A program made the position numbers and the translations under genes. DNA of 64,000 nt from the sequence record LC727697.1, one strand, 5' to 3'. The notes beneath the pieces were generated by a model. It saw only the letters and a list, made by a program, of their open reading frames with translations. It had not been told where the DNA came from and did not search any database. Below are positions 18,056-27,293 of the stretch, piece after piece. Position 1 is the first letter of the stretch, and each line of letters opens with the position of its first letter.

Positions 18056-19810
18056 TTATCCTTCAATTGTATAAGAAGTAAATCCACCTTCTTTTACTGC
18101 TTTTAGTTGAACATCAACTCGTCCAATTAATTCTTCTCTGTGTGACACCAAAAATACTTTTCTGCTAGAATCCCTTGACATTTGTTTTAGAATGCTTAGA
18201 GCAGATTCTACACCTCTGGTATCTAATCCATTGTCTATTAATTCGTCTATATACAGCAGATTTATTTTATAGTTAAGACTTTCAAATACATCCCTGAATG
18301 CCCAACTTAGTGAAAGAATTAAACGGGTGCGTTCACCTCTACTTAAATTATCAAAATCTAATTCTCTGCCGTGTTCTGTAATCTGAACTTCTAGGTCAGA
18401 CATAAATTTTACTTCGTGTGGCAATCCTATTTTTATTAAGTAGTGTGCAAGTCTTGTATTTAGATAAGATAAATTTTGATCTATAATCTTTTTTCTTATA
18501 AAACTATCTTTTGAGGTTAGCAGTTTTAATAAAAATTCTTGATGATCTCGCAGCGAAACTAACGTATTAATAGTTTCAAAATCCACTTGTTTTATACTAT
18601 CCCGTAAAATAGAAACATTTTCTACGTGAGGGTTAGTTAGCATTTCTTCTTTTTCTATAGAATGCTCTAGTGTATTAATCATAGTTTTATGATTATAAAC
18701 GTCATCTAAAGACGAATAAAACGTAGATGGTTTTTCCGGTATAAAAATAGAATTTAATGTATTTAAAATTAATTCTTTTTCATTTTCTTTTTCTTTAAGT
18801 GAATTAGTTGCAGATTCTAACTTTAATTTTAAAGATTCAGTTAATGAAGTATGACTATCATTTAATTCTTGTCCGCACGTAGGACATTCGTTGTGTTCTG
18901 TAGTTTTTAGTAATTGTGACGAAAGGTGAGATACTGTTGTAGATAATGACTGTATTTCTCGTTCTACAATATTATATTCTTTTAAAATATCATTTTTTTC
19001 TCTTTCTTTAATAGAAATCTCTTTTAAAACTTTATGCATTTCTATTTCAGTATCTATATCTATTTTATTTAGATGCTCTAGCGATTCTCTGTATTCTTGT
19101 AAAGTATCTAAATGTCTTTTATCCCAGGCTTTGCTTCTAAGTTCCATAGAAGCAATGTTTTGTTCTATGCTTTTATTTGCTTCTTGGATTGCTTTAATTC
19201 TAAATTCTTCTTCTTTAATTCTATCTTTAGTATCTTTAACTAAATTTTTTAGAATATCTGCTTTTTCACTTAGTTTAGTTATGCCTAGCAGTTGTTCTAT
19301 TAATTCTCTTTGTTCGGTAGTTTTCATAGAGAGAAAAGGAGTGGAATAAGTGTTTAGTGCAATTATGTTTTTAAACATATTATGACTAAAACCTAATTCC
19401 TTTTCTAATGCAAGTTGTGTTTGTCTGCTGTCGCCTTGCGCTTCGTCAGTTTCGTCTGTTTCTAATTCTTTGTTGTTGATTATAACTTTAAATATATTGG
19501 GTTTTCTTCCCCTTTCTATTTTGTACTCTTTATTATTCAACGAAAATTCTAATTTAACATACATATTTTTTTCATTTGTTTTATTAATTAGATTTTCTTT
19601 TCTTATATTAGTTAATGCTGTACCAAAGAGTGCGTACGAAAGTGCATTTAATTTTGCAGTCTTACCGGTTCCGTTTTTACTGTCATTGCCGCCGAGATCT
19701 AAATTTTCTCCTAAAACTAATGTTAGATCGTTTTCGTCTAGCAATATAGTCTGTGTATTATTACCGACAGACATAAAATTTCGCATTGATATAGATTTAA
19801 ATTTTAACAT
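18056..19810 (-). CDS. gp46: Recombination ATPase, gp46/Rad50/SbcC-like
   Basis: Walker A NGTGKT, Zn hook CPTCG, signature LSRGE, Walker B LLYIDE, and SH loop. Confidence 0.93.
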   Translation of the reverse strand: MLKFKSISMRNFMSVGNNTQTILLDENDLTLVLGENLDLGGNDSKNGTGKTAKLNALSYALFGTALTNIRKENLINKTNEKNMYVKLEFSLNNKEYKIERGRKPNIFKVIINNKELETDETDEAQGDSRQTQLALEKELGFSHNMFKNIIALNTYSTPFLSMKTTEQRELIEQLLGITKLSEKADILKNLVKDTKDRIKEEEFRIKAIQEANKSIEQNIASMELRSKAWDKRHLDTLQEYRESLEHLNKIDIDTEIEMHKVLKEISIKEREKNDILKEYNIVEREIQSLSTTVSHLSSQLLKTTEHNECPTCGQELNDSHTSLTESLKLKLESATNSLKEKENEKELILNTLNSIFIPEKPSTFYSSLDDVYNHKTMINTLEHSIEKEEMLTNPHVENVSILRDSIKQVDFETINTLVSLRDHQEFLLKLLTSKDSFIRKKIIDQNLSYLNTRLAHYLIKIGLPHEVKFMSDLEVQITEHGRELDFDNLSRGERTRLILSLSWAFRDVFESLNYKINLLYIDELIDNGLDTRGVESALSILKQMSRDSSRKVFLVSHREELIGRVDVQLKAVKEGGFTSYTIEG

Positions 19811-20823
19811 TATAGGTTTGTGTAAATGCTTATAAGTATGTTTTTATCAAAGTTATCACTTTGGATATTAGTTAGTTCGGAAATAACAATTTCATCTACA
19901 GTTTCGAATTCAGTTTCAGTATCACTTTCTATTTCGTGTTCGCTATATTTAGACTGTAATAATTTAAATTCTCTAACTTTATATGAAGACAAGAATGTTT
20001 CACGTAAGAAATTGGCTTCTTCGTATGTTATATCTACATCTATAGTTGCTTTTACGTGAGTTTTTGGCTTAAGATAATAATCTGGATTTTCTAGTATTTG
20101 TTTCAATGTAGTGGATATGAATCTAGGTCCGTCTTCGTAATTAACATATTCAGGCTCCCCTCCCCATTCTAAAAACATTGCACCCCTATCAAAATCCCAT
20201 ACATCAGAATAGTTGTGACCAAATGGATTGCCGATATAATTAATTTTTCCATTTACTTGTCTCTTATGAAAATGTCCAGAAAATACATATGTTTGATTAA
20301 CAAAATGTTCGGATTTTATTTCTCCTACATCGGGCATTTCTACCATTGCATTTAGTTTAAATCCTGGAATTTCTAAATGCCCAAACAAATATTTTGCTTT
20401 TATTTTAGGAACGTCTTTCCATTCATCTCCTACTAACCACGGTAGAATAGATACATCTCCTTGTTCGAACGGATCTTCTATCATAACTATATTAGGATAT
20501 TTGTGACCCATCGGAATAGAATGTACTTCTCTTTTTTCTCTATACATAAGGTCATGATTGCCAGTGATAAAATATACTTTTTCGAACGTATCGTTTAGTA
20601 GTTCTAAACTAGACATGGTGTAGTTTAGTGTAGATACATTAATGGTGTTTCTTGTATGATGCCAATCGCCTAAAAATATACATGTTTCTGCATTTTTTTC
20701 TTTAGCAGTTTTACAAAACCACTTAATGAAATCTTCACAGTCTTGATTGTGAATTTTAGAGTTATGATGCAATCCGAAGTGAATATCACTAAAACATGCA
20801 ACTTTCTTAAATAAATTACCCAC
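19810..20823 (-). CDS. gp47: Recombination nuclease, gp47/Mre11/SbcD-like
   Basis: SDIHFG, GDWHH, GNHD, GHLE and SGHFH metallophosphoesterase motifs. Confidence 0.93.
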   Translation of the reverse strand: MGNLFKKVACFSDIHFGLHHNSKIHNQDCEDFIKWFCKTAKEKNAETCIFLGDWHHTRNTINVSTLNYTMSSLELLNDTFEKVYFITGNHDLMYREKREVHSIPMGHKYPNIVMIEDPFEQGDVSILPWLVGDEWKDVPKIKAKYLFGHLEIPGFKLNAMVEMPDVGEIKSEHFVNQTYVFSGHFHKRQVNGKINYIGNPFGHNYSDVWDFDRGAMFLEWGGEPEYVNYEDGPRFISTTLKQILENPDYYLKPKTHVKATIDVDITYEEANFLRETFLSSYKVREFKLLQSKYSEHEIESDTETEFETVDEIVISELTNIQSDNFDKNILISIYTNL

Positions 20824-20834
20824 TTTAAATCCTT

Positions 20835-21677
20835 TTAATCATCTTTAGAATCATTTAATTCTCTGAGCAACCGAATTTGCTCATCGTGTTCTAATTGTCT
20901 AGTAAGGCTAGGATTTTGTCCCATATTTTGTAATAAATCATCCCTGATTATTTGATTACGTTTTTCTATGTTGAATACCCTAGTAAAAGAATTGTTTATA
21001 GACGAAGTGTAATATGCAAAGGGATTATCACTTAAATGTTCGTCGAATTGCAACCCCATAGACGCTAACTGAAGTAAAGCTTGTCCCTTCATTTCATCTA
21101 GATATGAATATCCACGCCAGTTGCTTTTTTGACCGAATTTGTCAATTAACAACATAAACATTTTTGCTAATCTATCTGATATAGATCCTCCAGTTAAGCA
21201 AAACTCTCCTTTTTTGCTGTGGCTTCTGCCTACTTCTACTAAGTTATTATTTTCGTCTATAATAAAATGCTTAAAAGGAGTAAAATTTAACTTAACATGA
21301 TAGTCTTTAATTGATTTTTTTGTCTTTTTCCTATCATGATCTTCTGGAATATGTTCGTATGTGATAACACGAAAAACAACATCATGTTTATTTATTGTTG
21401 CAGGATCTACTTGGGTTATAGATGCTTTTGCTTTTTTAGAACTAGTATTTGTTCTTAATGCATATTCATCTATCTGTACTTGAGTTAAACGCTCTGCTCG
21501 TTTAAGTATTGCTGCGTTTATATTTTCTTGTTTCAGACAGTCTTCTTTTGAAGTAAAGATAATATCGTAATCTTTATACTCTGGGGAAATATATTCGCAG
21601 AATGAATTTTTACTACGATGTATTTCCTTTAACATTTCTTTATTATTAATATAATTAACTACAATTTTTGTATTCAT
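20835..21677 (-). CDS. gp55: Late-transcription sigma factor, T4 gp55-like
   Basis: NYINNKEML, NWRGYSYLDEM and FDEHLSDNPFAYYT...EKR motifs, adjacent to gp47/gp46 as in T4. Confidence 0.8.
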   Translation of the reverse strand: MNTKIVVNYINNKEMLKEIHRSKNSFCEYISPEYKDYDIIFTSKEDCLKQENINAAILKRAERLTQVQIDEYALRTNTSSKKAKASITQVDPATINKHDVVFRVITYEHIPEDHDRKKTKKSIKDYHVKLNFTPFKHFIIDENNNLVEVGRSHSKKGEFCLTGGSISDRLAKMFMLLIDKFGQKSNWRGYSYLDEMKGQALLQLASMGLQFDEHLSDNPFAYYTSSINNSFTRVFNIEKRNQIIRDDLLQNMGQNPSLTRQLEHDEQIRLLRELNDSKDD

Positions 21678-21701
21678 TGTGCATCCATGCTTTTTATTAT
21701 T

Positions 21702-21730
21702 ATTTTACAACAAAATATTTTCAAAGTCAA
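21702..21730 (-). promoter_or_regulatory. Sigma70 promoter TTGACT-17-TAAAAT for the gp55-gp47-gp46 operon
   Basis: Near-consensus hexamers with a 17-nt spacer. Confidence 0.7.
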
Positions 21731-21750
21731 ATATTAGCATATAAACCTAC

Positions 21751-21759
21751 TGATAAATA
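21751..21759 (+). promoter_or_regulatory. Late promoter TGATAAATA for the baseplate operon
   Basis: 20 nt upstream of the GTG start at 21780. Confidence 0.65.
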
Positions 21760-21779
21760 TATAAAAGAGATTATATATC

Positions 21780-22415
21780 GTGGATAGTAGAGCAATTTTA
21801 AAACCAAAGAATGCGTTAGCTGCAAATGATTTATTTGGAGAAAGTAACGACCAGCTTGTTAACATTCTTGCACCTCTAAAAAAGACAGGCGGTTTGATAT
21901 TTCCGTTCAGACCGATAGTTACATTAGCAGCAGATGCAGAATACGATGAATCCTTTCATTTTACTCATACTAACTACAAATACCTTGCATATGTTAAATC
22001 TGCACCTCAGCCTATATCAGTAGAAGCAATATTTACATCACAAACAGATGTAGAGGCAAGATATACATTAGCAGCAATGCATTTTATGCGAACAGTAACA
22101 AAAAATTACTTCGGACAAACAGATTTAGTAAGAGCAGGTACGCCGCCGCCTATTTTATCATTTAATTACTTAGGAACATACATGTTCAAAAATGTACCAG
22201 TGGTTGTTAAAAATTTCAGTATTATTTTAGACAACAAAGTAGATTATGTCCCTGTAAGATTTAACAACATAAGTGAAAATACAGATGTTCCTACTCAATT
22301 AACTATGACGATAACGTTAGAACCTCAATATAATCCACAAGAGGTTAGGCAGACATTTGATCTAAGTAAATTTAGGACAGGTGAGTTACTGAAGAATAAT
22401 AAAGGATTTATATAA
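21780..22415 (+). CDS. Baseplate tail-tube initiator/cap protein (gp48/gp54-like)
   Basis: LIFPFRP, HFMRTVTK.YFG, GTPPP, NVPVVV and VDYV motifs of contractile-tail tube-like proteins. Confidence 0.7.
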   Translation: MDSRAILKPKNALAANDLFGESNDQLVNILAPLKKTGGLIFPFRPIVTLAADAEYDESFHFTHTNYKYLAYVKSAPQPISVEAIFTSQTDVEARYTLAAMHFMRTVTKNYFGQTDLVRAGTPPPILSFNYLGTYMFKNVPVVVKNFSIILDNKVDYVPVRFNNISENTDVPTQLTMTITLEPQYNPQEVRQTFDLSKFRTGELLKNNKGFI

Positions 22416-22714
22416 TGGCAAATAACATTTCTTCTACGAAAAGTCGATATTATGATACACCTATAAAAGATTTTTATTTAGATTTATGGGTTCCTAGGAA
22501 AATATTACCTAATATAACTGATGAATTAATTGTTATTGCACCTAAATATGATCAAAGACCCGATTTGCTTTCGTATGATTTATACGGAACAGAAGAACTT
22601 TGGTGGGTATTTGCGGTAAGAAATATGGATGAATTAATCGATCCTATATACGATTTTACTGCTGGAAAATCTATATATGCACCCACTATAGAATCGTTAG
22701 AAGGTATAATTTAA
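22415..22714 (+). CDS. gp53: Baseplate wedge LysM-like protein, gp53-like
   Basis: QRPDLLSYDLYGTEELWWVF motif. Confidence 0.8.
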   Translation: MANNISSTKSRYYDTPIKDFYLDLWVPRKILPNITDELIVIAPKYDQRPDLLSYDLYGTEELWWVFAVRNMDELIDPIYDFTAGKSIYAPTIESLEGII

Positions 22715-24738
22715 TGTCATTAAACAAACCTACTCCTACTAATACGGATACAAATATGTATCCGTTTTTACCTAATCCATTAGATTCTATAACTAGCACT
22801 ACTTATCATTTGCGACTATATATGTGCTCTATAGAAGATATAGTAAACAATAATGTATTAGACAGGTCCAGGCAAATAACAATTGCAGAATCGGGTGTTA
22901 CTGGATTAGGTATAGATGACTTCATATTAACAACTGTTCCCGGAATGACAGTAGAAACTGGCACGGGTGAGTCTACAACATTATCTTTTAAAATTCAAGA
23001 ACCTCATGGCAGTAGTATGTTAGATCAGTTATATGCATCTGCTGTTAGTTTAGGTATAGATAATTACTTAAAAGCACCATATTTTATGGAATTGACTTTT
23101 AAAGGTAGAACAACAACTTCTTCGTTGCCGTCTGTTATGAAGGCAAAATGGGTATTTCCTATTACTATAACTAAAATGGATATGGTTGTTACAGGATCGG
23201 GTACAACTTATGATTTTGTAGGAGCAGTATACAGTGAACTAGGATATACAAACCAATACGGCGATATGCAACAAGGTATATCTCTTTCTGGCAAAACTGT
23301 AGGCGAAATGTTAGAAAAATTAAAACAATCACTCAATGATAGACAGCCACAGCGAGCATCTAATAAACAATTGAAGCCAGATAAGTACGAAATAATAATT
23401 TCGGATGAGAGATTAATAAATGCTCCGTTAAAAATATCTAATTCCGACCAAACAATTGACAGATTATCTGACTATGTAGTGGATGATAACTCAGTAACTA
23501 CTGTTCAATTTTATGATAATACTAGTATTCAGTATATAATTGAAACTATAATAAATTCTACAGAAGTTATTGAAAAGGAAATTGCAGGTTCGGATGTTCC
23601 GGCTCACCCCCAATTTAATCCAGATCCGAATAGGTCTATGGTTAAAAAATTATATAGGGTTTTGTCTCAAGTAGACACGCTAGAATATGACCCAGGAAGA
23701 GGGGATTATGCTAGGAATTTTAGGTATGTTATCGTACCGTACGATACAATGACAATAGTTGCATCGAAGGATGAATCTAGAGTTACACCCGAGTCTTCAG
23801 AAAACAGATTTAATGAATATTTAGGTAGAAGTGTTCTAAGAAAGCATTATAATTATCTATTTACTGGATTAAATGATCAAATATTAGATTTTAATTTGAA
23901 ATTTAATTTCATGTGGTATGCTACGCTACCTAGACAAACAGGAACAGTAGATACTTATACATCTGTTGATCCAGGTAGAAGAATGTCTCCCGATCAGTTA
24001 TTATTAAAACAGAAGATGTCAACAAGTGCATCTGTGAAAAGCAAATTTAATTCAACAGTTACTCCTGGTACAGATCGCCAGGATCCTAGAAATGTATCTA
24101 CTGTAGATACAAATACAGAACAATCGTCTCTAGTGTCAAAAGGAAGGCAAGCAAGGATTAGAGAAAATACAAATGCAGATCCCGACACAGATCAAGAAAC
24201 TGAAGTAAGGCAAAATGCCATACAATTTATAGAAGATGCTACTGCAGATTCATTAAGTAAACTTCCTATTACAACTATAGAAACCCCAGATACTTCAAAT
24301 GATGATATAGGTGTAGAAGACAACTATCATGCAGGTAAATCTTTTTTATCTTCATTATTTTCTCAAATAATGTATGATGATAATGCCGAATTGCTTAAAA
24401 TAGATTTATCTATAAAAGGAGATCCTTATTGGCTAGGTCCGCCCACAACTAATAAAATAAGTACAGTAGAGGATAGGATAAACAGTACAAATACATCTTA
24501 TGTTAATCCTACTTCGTCTCAGGTATTCTTTTTGTTTACTAGTCAGACTCCTAATTTAAATTATATAGAAGGAACAGTAACATCTTCCATGAAACAAAAT
24601 ACTATTATAAATGGCATATATCAAGTTATAGTAGTGAAGCATGTTTTTTCCAAAGGCATATTCCGCCAAGAATTGCAAGCAGTAAGAGATAAATTAACTG
24701 ATATAACAGACATAGACATCCAAAGGTTTAATCAATAA
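22714..24738 (+). CDS. Baseplate hub protein (gp27-like)
   Basis: Lies between the LysM and spike genes. IDLSIKGDPYWL and C-terminal GIYQVIVVKHVFSKGIFRQEL motifs. Confidence 0.6.
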   Translation: MSLNKPTPTNTDTNMYPFLPNPLDSITSTTYHLRLYMCSIEDIVNNNVLDRSRQITIAESGVTGLGIDDFILTTVPGMTVETGTGESTTLSFKIQEPHGSSMLDQLYASAVSLGIDNYLKAPYFMELTFKGRTTTSSLPSVMKAKWVFPITITKMDMVVTGSGTTYDFVGAVYSELGYTNQYGDMQQGISLSGKTVGEMLEKLKQSLNDRQPQRASNKQLKPDKYEIIISDERLINAPLKISNSDQTIDRLSDYVVDDNSVTTVQFYDNTSIQYIIETIINSTEVIEKEIAGSDVPAHPQFNPDPNRSMVKKLYRVLSQVDTLEYDPGRGDYARNFRYVIVPYDTMTIVASKDESRVTPESSENRFNEYLGRSVLRKHYNYLFTGLNDQILDFNLKFNFMWYATLPRQTGTVDTYTSVDPGRRMSPDQLLLKQKMSTSASVKSKFNSTVTPGTDRQDPRNVSTVDTNTEQSSLVSKGRQARIRENTNADPDTDQETEVRQNAIQFIEDATADSLSKLPITTIETPDTSNDDIGVEDNYHAGKSFLSSLFSQIMYDDNAELLKIDLSIKGDPYWLGPPTTNKISTVEDRINSTNTSYVNPTSSQVFFLFTSQTPNLNYIEGTVTSSMKQNTIINGIYQVIVVKHVFSKGIFRQELQAVRDKLTDITDIDIQRFNQ

Positions 24739-26171
24739 TGAGTACATATTCTAGAACAGTAGGTGTAAATCCGTCTGCTAGCAAAACACCGACAGGCAGA
24801 GCACAAAAATATTACGGAATGTATATTGGGTTTGTCAAAGATAATGTCGATAGCAACAGAATGGGAAGACTTAGGGTTTGGGTACCGGAATTCGGTACTG
24901 ATCCGAGCGATGAATCTGGTTGGTTGTTAGTTGGATACTGTTCGCCATTTGCTGGCGCAACTAATCCTATGACAATCGGCGGCTCACAAGATGTATCTGC
25001 ATTCCACGAAACACAAACATCTTACGGTATGTGGGCAGTTCCGCCAGATCTTGAAAATCAGGTAGCTGTAATGTTTGCTAACGGCGACCCTGCAAAGGGA
25101 TTTTGGTTTGGATGCATATGGCAACAACAGATGAATCATATGATTCCTGCAGTTGCTGGCAGTGTTAATAATTATGAGACAGCAGGCAAATCTCTACCTG
25201 TAGGCGAATATAATAAAAACACACTAGAAAAAGTAAATGCACAAACTATTAATAAACCTGTTGCTAGTCTTGCCCAAGGATTAAAAACGCAAGGGCTTAT
25301 TAACGATAATATACGGGGTGTATCTTCATCATCTGCACGCAGGGAAGCACCTAGTCAGGTATTCGGTATTCTTACCCCAGGTCCAGTAATAGACGGTGCA
25401 AATGCAAGAAGGCATGGCGGTCATCAGTTCGTTATGGATGATGCACCCACATCCGAACATATCACATTAAGAACTAGATCTGGTGCTCAAATAAGATTAG
25501 ATGAAACTAATGGAATAATTTATATAATTAATAAATTGGGCACTGCTTGGATAGAATTAGATAACTCGGGCAACGTAGATGTATTTGGTGCAAAATCCGG
25601 ATCTTTACGTTTTATGGAAGATTTTAATATACGAGCAGATAGAGATATTAATATAGAGGCAGGAAGAAATATAAACATTAAAGCATCTAAAGACTATACT
25701 ACTGTTTCTACCGGAGGCATAGCACCGGAACTAACAGGTCAAGGCGGAGATATATTTATACAAGCTAATAATAATTTAAATATTCAATCACAAAAAGATA
25801 CATTACTAAATCAATTAGGAGGCAGTTTGCATAACACTGCCGGAGTTGATATATCTTTAAAAGCAGGTTCTAATTATAATTTACAAGCTGCAGGACAGAT
25901 AGCAACTGCTACTAACGGAACATATGGGTTAAGTGCAGGCGGGGATATTATCGAGTTAGGTGCTAATATACATATGAACGGTCCGCAGCCGCCTGCGCCT
26001 GATTCTCCTACTGAAGCAAGTACACCTACTACTAATGGCAAAACTAATATATTGCCTGAGTTTAGTGATGCAAATAGATATAATAGAATGTCTCAGCCAG
26101 GAGTAACTACTATAGTATCTAGATTTAATACATTCGAACCGTGCCCTGAGCACAAAAATAAAGGAGCATAA
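24738..26171 (+). CDS. gp5: Baseplate central spike, gp5/VgrG-like, without a lysozyme domain
   Basis: OB-fold N-terminus (GFVKDNVDSNRMGRLRVWVP, VPPDLENQVAVMFANGD), GHQFVMDD, and beta-helix repeats. Confidence 0.8.
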   Translation: MSTYSRTVGVNPSASKTPTGRAQKYYGMYIGFVKDNVDSNRMGRLRVWVPEFGTDPSDESGWLLVGYCSPFAGATNPMTIGGSQDVSAFHETQTSYGMWAVPPDLENQVAVMFANGDPAKGFWFGCIWQQQMNHMIPAVAGSVNNYETAGKSLPVGEYNKNTLEKVNAQTINKPVASLAQGLKTQGLINDNIRGVSSSSARREAPSQVFGILTPGPVIDGANARRHGGHQFVMDDAPTSEHITLRTRSGAQIRLDETNGIIYIINKLGTAWIELDNSGNVDVFGAKSGSLRFMEDFNIRADRDINIEAGRNINIKASKDYTTVSTGGIAPELTGQGGDIFIQANNNLNIQSQKDTLLNQLGGSLHNTAGVDISLKAGSNYNLQAAGQIATATNGTYGLSAGGDIIELGANIHMNGPQPPAPDSPTEASTPTTNGKTNILPEFSDANRYNRMSQPGVTTIVSRFNTFEPCPEHKNKGA

Positions 26172-26183
26172 TGCTCCTTTATA
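26158..26183. terminator. Bidirectional terminator, same core as 2169-2195
   Basis: AAAGGAGCATAATGCTCCTTT. Confidence 0.75.
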
Positions 26184-26463
26184 AATCGTCATTAAAATAA
26201 TTGTATCTTCTGTCGTACAATAATTCTAAATGTGTTGCCAACATTCTAGCAAAAGTAAATAAATCGAATTTGCAATATACATCGTAGAAATTATCTTTTA
26301 TATAGCGTACACTATAAAAATTGATTTCATTAAATATATATTCTTCGTCTAAGTCTTCGGATAAAGCTATGCATACATATTGTCCTTTGTGGGAATCTTT
26401 TGCGATAACATAGACGCCGTATATAAAGTCATAGCTATTATGATACTTTAATTTTCCGGGCAT
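26179..26463 (-). CDS. Hypothetical protein, antisense insert in the baseplate operon
   Basis: ORF track; no recognisable motif. Confidence 0.55.
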   Translation of the reverse strand: MPGKLKYHNSYDFIYGVYVIAKDSHKGQYVCIALSEDLDEEYIFNEINFYSVRYIKDNFYDVYCKFDLFTFARMLATHLELLYDRRYNYFNDDL

Positions 26464-26507
26464 AAAAATAGGGGGTTAGTTACTTAACCCCCTCCCTTCT
26501 GTTTAAG

Positions 26508-26750
26508 TTACTTTCCTGAAATCATAGATTCCATTTCTTTTATACAATCATCCATTGTATAATGGCGTGTATCTACTAGTACATATTTCTTATCTTTAGT
26601 ATCGTACAGTCCAACTTCTATGAGCTGAGTTCCTTTAAACTTAGACATAACTTGAAACCGTTGTGTCTTAGTTTTAGAATTATATTTGTCAGCCATTTCT
26701 GCAATGCGGTTGAATTTATAGATAGGGAAAGTTACTTTTTCTTTTGCCAT
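26508..26750 (-). CDS. Hypothetical small protein with its own sigma70 promoter
   Basis: ORF track; promoter upstream and GGGGGTTA/TAACCCCC hairpin at 26471-26494 downstream. Confidence 0.65.
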   Translation of the reverse strand: MAKEKVTFPIYKFNRIAEMADKYNSKTKTQRFQVMSKFKGTQLIEVGLYDTKDKKYVLVDTRHYTMDDCIKEMESMISGK

Positions 26751-26802
26751 TTTCTTTTTCTTAGCTTGGTTACTGTTAAGCGGAATTACTTAACATGCAC
26801 AC

Positions 26803-26831
26803 AGTATACTAATTTTACTGTTATCCGTCAA
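26803..26831 (-). promoter_or_regulatory. Sigma70 promoter TTGACG-17-TATACT
   Basis: Near-consensus. A late motif AGATAAATA on + at 26855-26863 restarts the baseplate operon. Confidence 0.75.
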
Positions 26832-26886
26832 GTTAAGTATGTAGAAAAATATCCAGATAAATATTGAAATAAACAGGAATAATAAA

Positions 26887-27279
26887 GTGGCAAAAGTGTT
26901 TATTGGATTTTCTACGGTAGGTAAAGTTAGGCCACCGTATCAAGTAAATGATATAGATTTAGTTAAAGTAGATTTAATGAATCATTTCTATACAAGAAAG
27001 GGCGAACGAGTTATGTTACCCGAATTCGGAAGTATCATACACGACTATGTAATGGATCCCCTAGACGAATATACAGTAGGAATAGTTGTAGATGATGTCA
27101 AGGACGTAATTGGTTCTGATCCGAGAGTTCAATTAAATAGCGATGACGATATAAAAGTAATACAACTTCACAACGGAATAAGAATAGAGGTATTACTTAC
27201 ATTTTTGCCATACCAAACACCAGAAAGGCTTATTGCTATTTTTACTCAAGAAAATAGTTCTAACATAGATAGATTATAA
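26887..27279 (+). CDS. gp25: Baseplate wedge / sheath initiator, gp25-like
   Basis: TRKGERVMLPEFGS and DPRV motifs. Confidence 0.85.
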   Translation: MAKVFIGFSTVGKVRPPYQVNDIDLVKVDLMNHFYTRKGERVMLPEFGSIIHDYVMDPLDEYTVGIVVDDVKDVIGSDPRVQLNSDDDIKVIQLHNGIRIEVLLTFLPYQTPERLIAIFTQENSSNIDRL

Positions 27280-27293
27280 GTAGGAATTAATTC

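Noticed and set aside
18056-21677. Inteins or introns in gp46, gp47, gp55 or portal
   Set aside because: Lengths and motifs are continuous, and no Cys/Ser...His-Asn splice motifs were seen.
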